DNA of 64,000 nt, taken from positions 6,144,001 to 6,208,000 of the forward strand of contig OY970303.1 in assembly GCA_963716255.1 (NCBI GenBank). Reading direction: 5' to 3'. This stretch comes from an uncultured Gemmatimonadales bacterium (GTDB taxonomy: Bacteria > Gemmatimonadota > Gemmatimonadetes > Longimicrobiales > Longimicrobiaceae). Numbering within the stretch: position 1 is the first letter of the stretch; the number at the start of each line of letters is the position of its first letter. Both the position numbers and the translations under genes were made by a program. The notes under the pieces are model-generated. The model was not told the DNA's origin and did not search any database. It saw nothing but the letters and a program-made list of their open reading frames with translations. Positions 62,694 through 64,000 of the stretch are shown here, one piece after another.

Positions 62694-64000
62694 ATGAAGC
62701 GTTTCTCGTGGGTCGGGGCGGCCGCCGCGGCCGCCCTTTTCGCGGCGCCCGCAGCGGCGCAGGCGCAGGCGGCGCCCCGGCAGGATCCCGTGCTGGAGGC
62801 CATCTGGAACGAGGGAACCCGCAACTCGCAGCTGGAGCGGCTGGCGCAGGCGCTGATGGACTCCATCGGCCCGCGGCTCACCGGCACGCCGCAGCAGAAG
62901 CTGGCGAGCGACTGGGCCATCTCGCAGTACCGCGCCTGGGGGATCCCCGCGCGCACCGAGCAGTACGGCACCTGGCGCGGCTGGGAGCGCGGCATCACCC
63001 ACGTGGACCTGCTGCAGCCGCGCGTCCGCACGCTGGAGGGGACGATGCTGGCGTGGAGCCCCGGCACGGGCGGGCAGCCGGTGCAGGGCCCCGCCGTGGT
63101 CCTCCCCGACTTCCGCAGCCAGGCGGAATTCGACGCCTGGCTCCCGCAGGCCCGCGGCAAGTTCGTGCTGATCTCCTTCGCGCAGCCCACCTGCCGCCCC
63201 GACGACAACTGGGCCAAGTGGGCGACGCCGGAATCGCTCGAACGCCTCAAGCAGCAGCGCGAAGCCGCCTCCGACGCGTGGGACGAGCGGGTGGCGCGCA
63301 CCGGGCTGACCACCCGCACCCTGCCGGTGAAGCTGGAGGACGCGGGGGCGCTGGGCGTCATCGCCACCAACTGGTCCTCCGGGTGGGGCGTCAACAAGGT
63401 GTTCCAGGCCCGCACGCAGAAGGTTCCGCACCTGGACATGAGCTGCGAGGACTACGGGCTCCTCTTCCGCCTGGCGCAGAACAACCAGGGTCCCGTGATC
63501 CGGGTGGCGGCGGAGTCGCGCTCCACCGCGGCCGAGGTCCCGGTCTACAACACCATCGCCGAGGTCCGCGGGCGCCAGAAGCCGGGCGAGTACGTGATGC
63601 TGTCGGCGCACTTCGACTCGTGGGACGCCGCCTCCGGGGCGACCGACAACGGGACGGGGACGGTGGTGATGATGGAGGCCATGCGCATCCTCAAGAAGGT
63701 GTACCCCAACCCCCGGCGCACGCTGCTGGTGGGGCACTGGAGCGGCGAGGAGCAGGGGCTGAACGGCTCGCGCGCCTGGGCGGCCGACAACCCGCGCGTC
63801 GTGCAGAACCTGCAGGCGCTCTTCAACCAGGACAACGGGACGGGGCGCGTCTCCACGCTCTCCATGATGGGCTTCACCGGCACGGAGCCCTTCTTCAACC
63901 GCTGGCTGGCCCAGGTCCCGCGCGCCATCACGCAGCACATCACGGTGCAGGCGCCCGGCTCCCCCAGCAGCGGCGGGAGCGACCACGCGTCGTTCGTCTG
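62694..64000 (+). CDS. Exported M28 family metallopeptidase, truncated by the window end
   Basis: Read by hand (absent from the ORF track): signal peptide MKRFSW.., DSIGPRLTG, SAHFDSW, GATDNGTG, SGEEQGL.GS, GSDH. Confidence 0.9.
   Translation, partial: MKRFSWVGAAAAAALFAAPAAAQAQAAPRQDPVLEAIWNEGTRNSQLERLAQALMDSIGPRLTGTPQQKLASDWAISQYRAWGIPARTEQYGTWRGWERGITHVDLLQPRVRTLEGTMLAWSPGTGGQPVQGPAVVLPDFRSQAEFDAWLPQARGKFVLISFAQPTCRPDDNWAKWATPESLERLKQQREAASDAWDERVARTGLTTRTLPVKLEDAGALGVIATNWSSGWGVNKVFQARTQKVPHLDMSCEDYGLLFRLAQNNQGPVIRVAAESRSTAAEVPVYNTIAEVRGRQKPGEYVMLSAHFDSWDAASGATDNGTGTVVMMEAMRILKKVYPNPRRTLLVGHWSGEEQGLNGSRAWAADNPRVVQNLQALFNQDNGTGRVSTLSMMGFTGTEPFFNRWLAQVPRAITQHITVQAPGSPSSGGSDHASFV

Overview
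High-GC bacterial chromosome segment. Gene content and order suggest Gemmatimonadota, Longimicrobium-like (inference only). Housekeeping blocks are ymdB-folD-xseAB-ispA-dxs-nadK, feoAAB, glyA-miaB-lapA-comEC-fbp, ppdK, pruA, nifU-mrp, an ECF sigma/anti-sigma operon and ubiE-ubiA-ubiX. Accessory material includes an IS5 remnant beside a low-GC, frameshifted RelA/SpoT gene, a stressosome operon whose rsbR is broken by a 35-bp tandem duplication, a nuclease-helicase followed by a HigBA-like pair, an MNT-HEPN pair and an orphan HAE/CCxxC deaminase. Two things stand out. (1) At 45.6-50.4 kb, a glycosyltransferase resembling plant HPAT/SERGT1 extensin glycosyltransferases converges on an operon encoding a PqqD/RRE-fused, twin-arginine protein with extensin-like (S/G)PPPPP repeats, a DUF6065 protein and a degenerate HPr-kinase-like protein. 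This is a candidate bacterial extensin-like or RiPP-like glycosylation system. (2) Six dispersed ~130-nt intergenic elements have covarying stems and conserved GYNGTWT loops, and a separate array holds three copies of one of their hairpins. No tRNA, rRNA or CRISPR array was seen. All family calls are by-eye motif recognition; no database search was run.
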